Assembly (NCBI GenBank): GCA_052035235.1
Contig: JBPOHT010000037.1
Coordinates: 16,759-80,758 of the forward strand
Direction: 5' to 3'
Length of the DNA stretch: 64,000 nucleotides
From: Pseudomonadota bacterium
GTDB taxonomy: Bacteria; Pseudomonadota; Gammaproteobacteria; Nevskiales; Nevskiaceae
Positions 62,701 through 64,000 of the stretch are shown in pieces. Below the pieces are notes generated by a model. That model was not told the DNA's origin, ran no database searches, and saw nothing but the letters and a program-made list of their open reading frames with translations. The position numbers and the translations under genes were made by a program. The stretch's first letter is position 1. Each line of letters opens with the position of its first letter.

Positions 62701-64000
62701 GTGGCAATCCTGCGTCTCGATACGCATCAGCGGGCGGCCACGCGACGCCAGGTACTGCGGGTCCAGCGTCAGCAGGGCGGGACCGGTCAGTGACCTGCCA
62801 AGCTGTGTCAGGCTGAGCTCCTGCAGCTGACGCCAGGGATTGCTGGGGCGGGCATAGGTGATGTGCTTGTGTCCGAGGATGTCACCGCCCAGCAGGGTCG
62901 CCGCGGGCTGGAAGCCGGCCTGGACATCCGTGGGCGTGAGGTCCTCGACGATCTTCAGCCGATATTCGAAGCGGCGGCACTCGCCGGCGCGGCTGGCGAG
63001 CTTGAGCATGCCCCAGATGCGCTCCAGCACGCCGGGGCCCTGGCTGGATTCTCCGGCAATGGCATTGCGCGCCCATGCCATGAGCCCCAGCACGCTGTCG
63101 CGCAGGCCACGATTGCGCCACCAGGCCCAGGCACCCCGAACCGTGCGCCAGACAAAACCGCTGGCCTCGCGCTCCATCACGATGAGCGTTCCCTGGACGC
63201 GGTAGACACGCGCCAGTTGCCGCTCCTGCCGCTGCCGCTCCTCGCGGGACAGTGCCTGTGCCTGCAGCGCCTGCCACTCGCGCAGCGGAAAGATGCGCAG
63301 TTCCGCCGGGCCCTGGCCACCGACATCGAGCCGGGCGCCGCTCAGCCGGCCCTCCTCGTCGGGCCGGAACAGCTGCGCCAGGCGCAGGGGCTGGTAGTCC
63401 AGCGTCAGCTCCACCCAGCAGTCGCGATCCAGGCCATGGACATCGCGCAGCCCCAGCGGGCCGGCCAGGCGCTCGCAGACGGCGACCTTGGTGCCCTCGC
63501 GCGGCAGCGTGGCACGCTCGATGATCGCCCGCTCGACGTCACCCAGGCGAGGACGGCTGATGGGGGGCGGCACGGCGGGCGGCGGCGCCATCCAGCCCCA
63601 TTGCTGCCGCAGGATGCGCACGGCGCGCAGGGCCACGGCGGCAATCGTCAGGCCCGGATTGGTGCCGAGCGCCGAACTGAGGATGGCGCCATCGAGCACG
63701 ACCAGGCCCGGATGCCAGGCTTCGGCCTGGCCCTGTCGCGCGGGATCGAACACGCGACCACAGTCGTCCACCACGCCCCGGGCGACGTCATCGGCCATCG
63801 CGCAACCACCGAGCGGGTGCACACTGACCACCGGTCCGCGTGCGTCCTGCACCAGGAAACCCATGGAGTCCGGCAGGAAGCGCCAGAGGGGGTTGGGCAT
63901 GGTACGGCCATCGAAGCCGGCCGCGGCACGCAGGGCATCGATACGCTGCAACTGCGCGTCGAACAAGCGCCGCTGCGGCAGCCCCGGCCAGACCACGGCG
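59695..64000 (-). CDS. Multidomain fusion: GMC oxidoreductase C-terminus, alpha/beta hydrolase and PhoD-like phosphatase (5' end beyond the window)
   Basis: SVHPLGGC...NPGLTIAAVALR; LLIHGYSASG...AHCMG...H; LTGDQIYAD, DDHE..DNW, LDTRS, WDGY, LSGDEH; one open frame of at least 1433 aa. Confidence 0.8.
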   Translation of the reverse strand, partial: AVVWPGLPQRRLFDAQLQRIDALRAAAGFDGRTMPNPLWRFLPDSMGFLVQDARGPVVSVHPLGGCAMADDVARGVVDDCGRVFDPARQGQAEAWHPGLVVLDGAILSSALGTNPGLTIAAVALRAVRILRQQWGWMAPPPAVPPPISRPRLGDVERAIIERATLPREGTKVAVCERLAGPLGLRDVHGLDRDCWVELTLDYQPLRLAQLFRPDEEGRLSGARLDVGGQGPAELRIFPLREWQALQAQALSREERQRQERQLARVYRVQGTLIVMEREASGFVWRTVRGAWAWWRNRGLRDSVLGLMAWARNAIAGESSQGPGVLERIWGMLKLASRAGECRRFEYRLKIVEDLTPTDVQAGFQPAATLLGGDILGHKHITYARPSNPWRQLQELSLTQLGRSLTGPALLTLDPQYLASRGRPLMRIETQDCHVEALMDFVSLAAYFMRLLLTIHVWNLRKPDTPRHRALQRLPGKLPGLPAPEIHWLELGEAEGTPLRLRLARYRRAPTATVDAGTAAPVLLIHGYSASGTSYAHPVLEPSLAARLAASGRDVWVADLRSSAGLPTAGLPWTFEQVALNDIPAAVDYIWWRSGQRPLDVVAHCMGAVMLSQAVLSAGKTAAEIERLLRPRGSSTDSGPDRYAVERRVLPQRLRRVVLSQNGPVMVMSQQNIFRGYVMSYLEQLFGPLRYDFRPEPEQGLGMELLDRFLGSLPYPDEELRQENPVLPCRTEYLASRHRMDAIYGRTFSLGSLSPKVLDHIDDLFGPLNLDTVAQVIHFTQHQTITDRSGRNRFVSREALQAHWRFRTLVLHGQDNGLADVATAHRAEAILRDAGCEVEKRILPGMGHQDSLIGRRAGETCAHILGFLDAPVEPRSQPRVEQRPYIAEAPWLGPMLQRRPQGAWTLGLGASPQLGRPEALCLLPVEPDAQGRWRYGHLMRRLGLGPEGILLPLTGHDTDWFAQDLPPWTRDAAVRQLLVLPLYPQPPCMDQRAFDPSESNAARKLWQERAPAANEDIAASAMADAIEKAVEQINLTTSPSPPGLVRLPASSDTPGLRLALGSCGYPPGILNERCPAQPWELLNDRLDGDEPPQLLVLTGDQIYADATAGLFDPILADDRYRKPYEAWLHQRSVRRALGRVPVVCLPDDHELEDNWEPLPPDAPEPARRHNQETLERGLKYFLRYQRLHWTHTAEEALAEPLWRAFEAQGIPVFLLDTRSRRQGRHGDTGIGAQGLLGAEQWNALRRWLLDGPRDRPRLIVSPAVLLPRHRYAMPARLAFGKQDAGTRACRRSDGWDGYPETLLSLLELIGEHQLRGLVFLSGDEHLGLFTTARLRRPGAAEEVVLHSIHTAGLNAPYRFANADAAELAQAEVLCFEGVSGSWECEIDTRVYGGAGFTQLSLQPESPRRWQLHCEFSTDESLAQPPERQVRETLDL

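Overview
GC-rich (about two-thirds G+C by eye) gammaproteobacterial chromosome segment. Host genes flank it on the left (infB partial, nusA, rimP) and the right (tRNA-fMet, tRNA-Leu, secG, tpiA, glmM, folP, ftsH, rlmE, greA, carB, carA, dapB, pgm and others). A P22-like (podoviral) prophage of about 34.7 kb (3025-37713) is integrated in the 3' end of tRNA-fMet and bounded by an 18-bp direct repeat. The main discovery is a diversity-generating retroelement (DGR) in the prophage's early arm: Avd, a YADD reverse transcriptase, and one 116-bp template repeat (32616-32731) matching FOUR variable repeats. The 49 VR mismatches fall without exception on TR adenines. The four targets are not the tailspike. 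They are small, apparently cytoplasmic C-type-lectin/DUF1566-like proteins. The TR sits in frame inside the apparent 5' end of the RT gene. The operon carrying the DGR starts under three copies of the same operator found at the cI/cro switch. Separately, the att core lies inside the 3' end of the serine integrase gene, so integration or excision swaps the integrase C-terminus. All family names come from motif recognition, not database searches.
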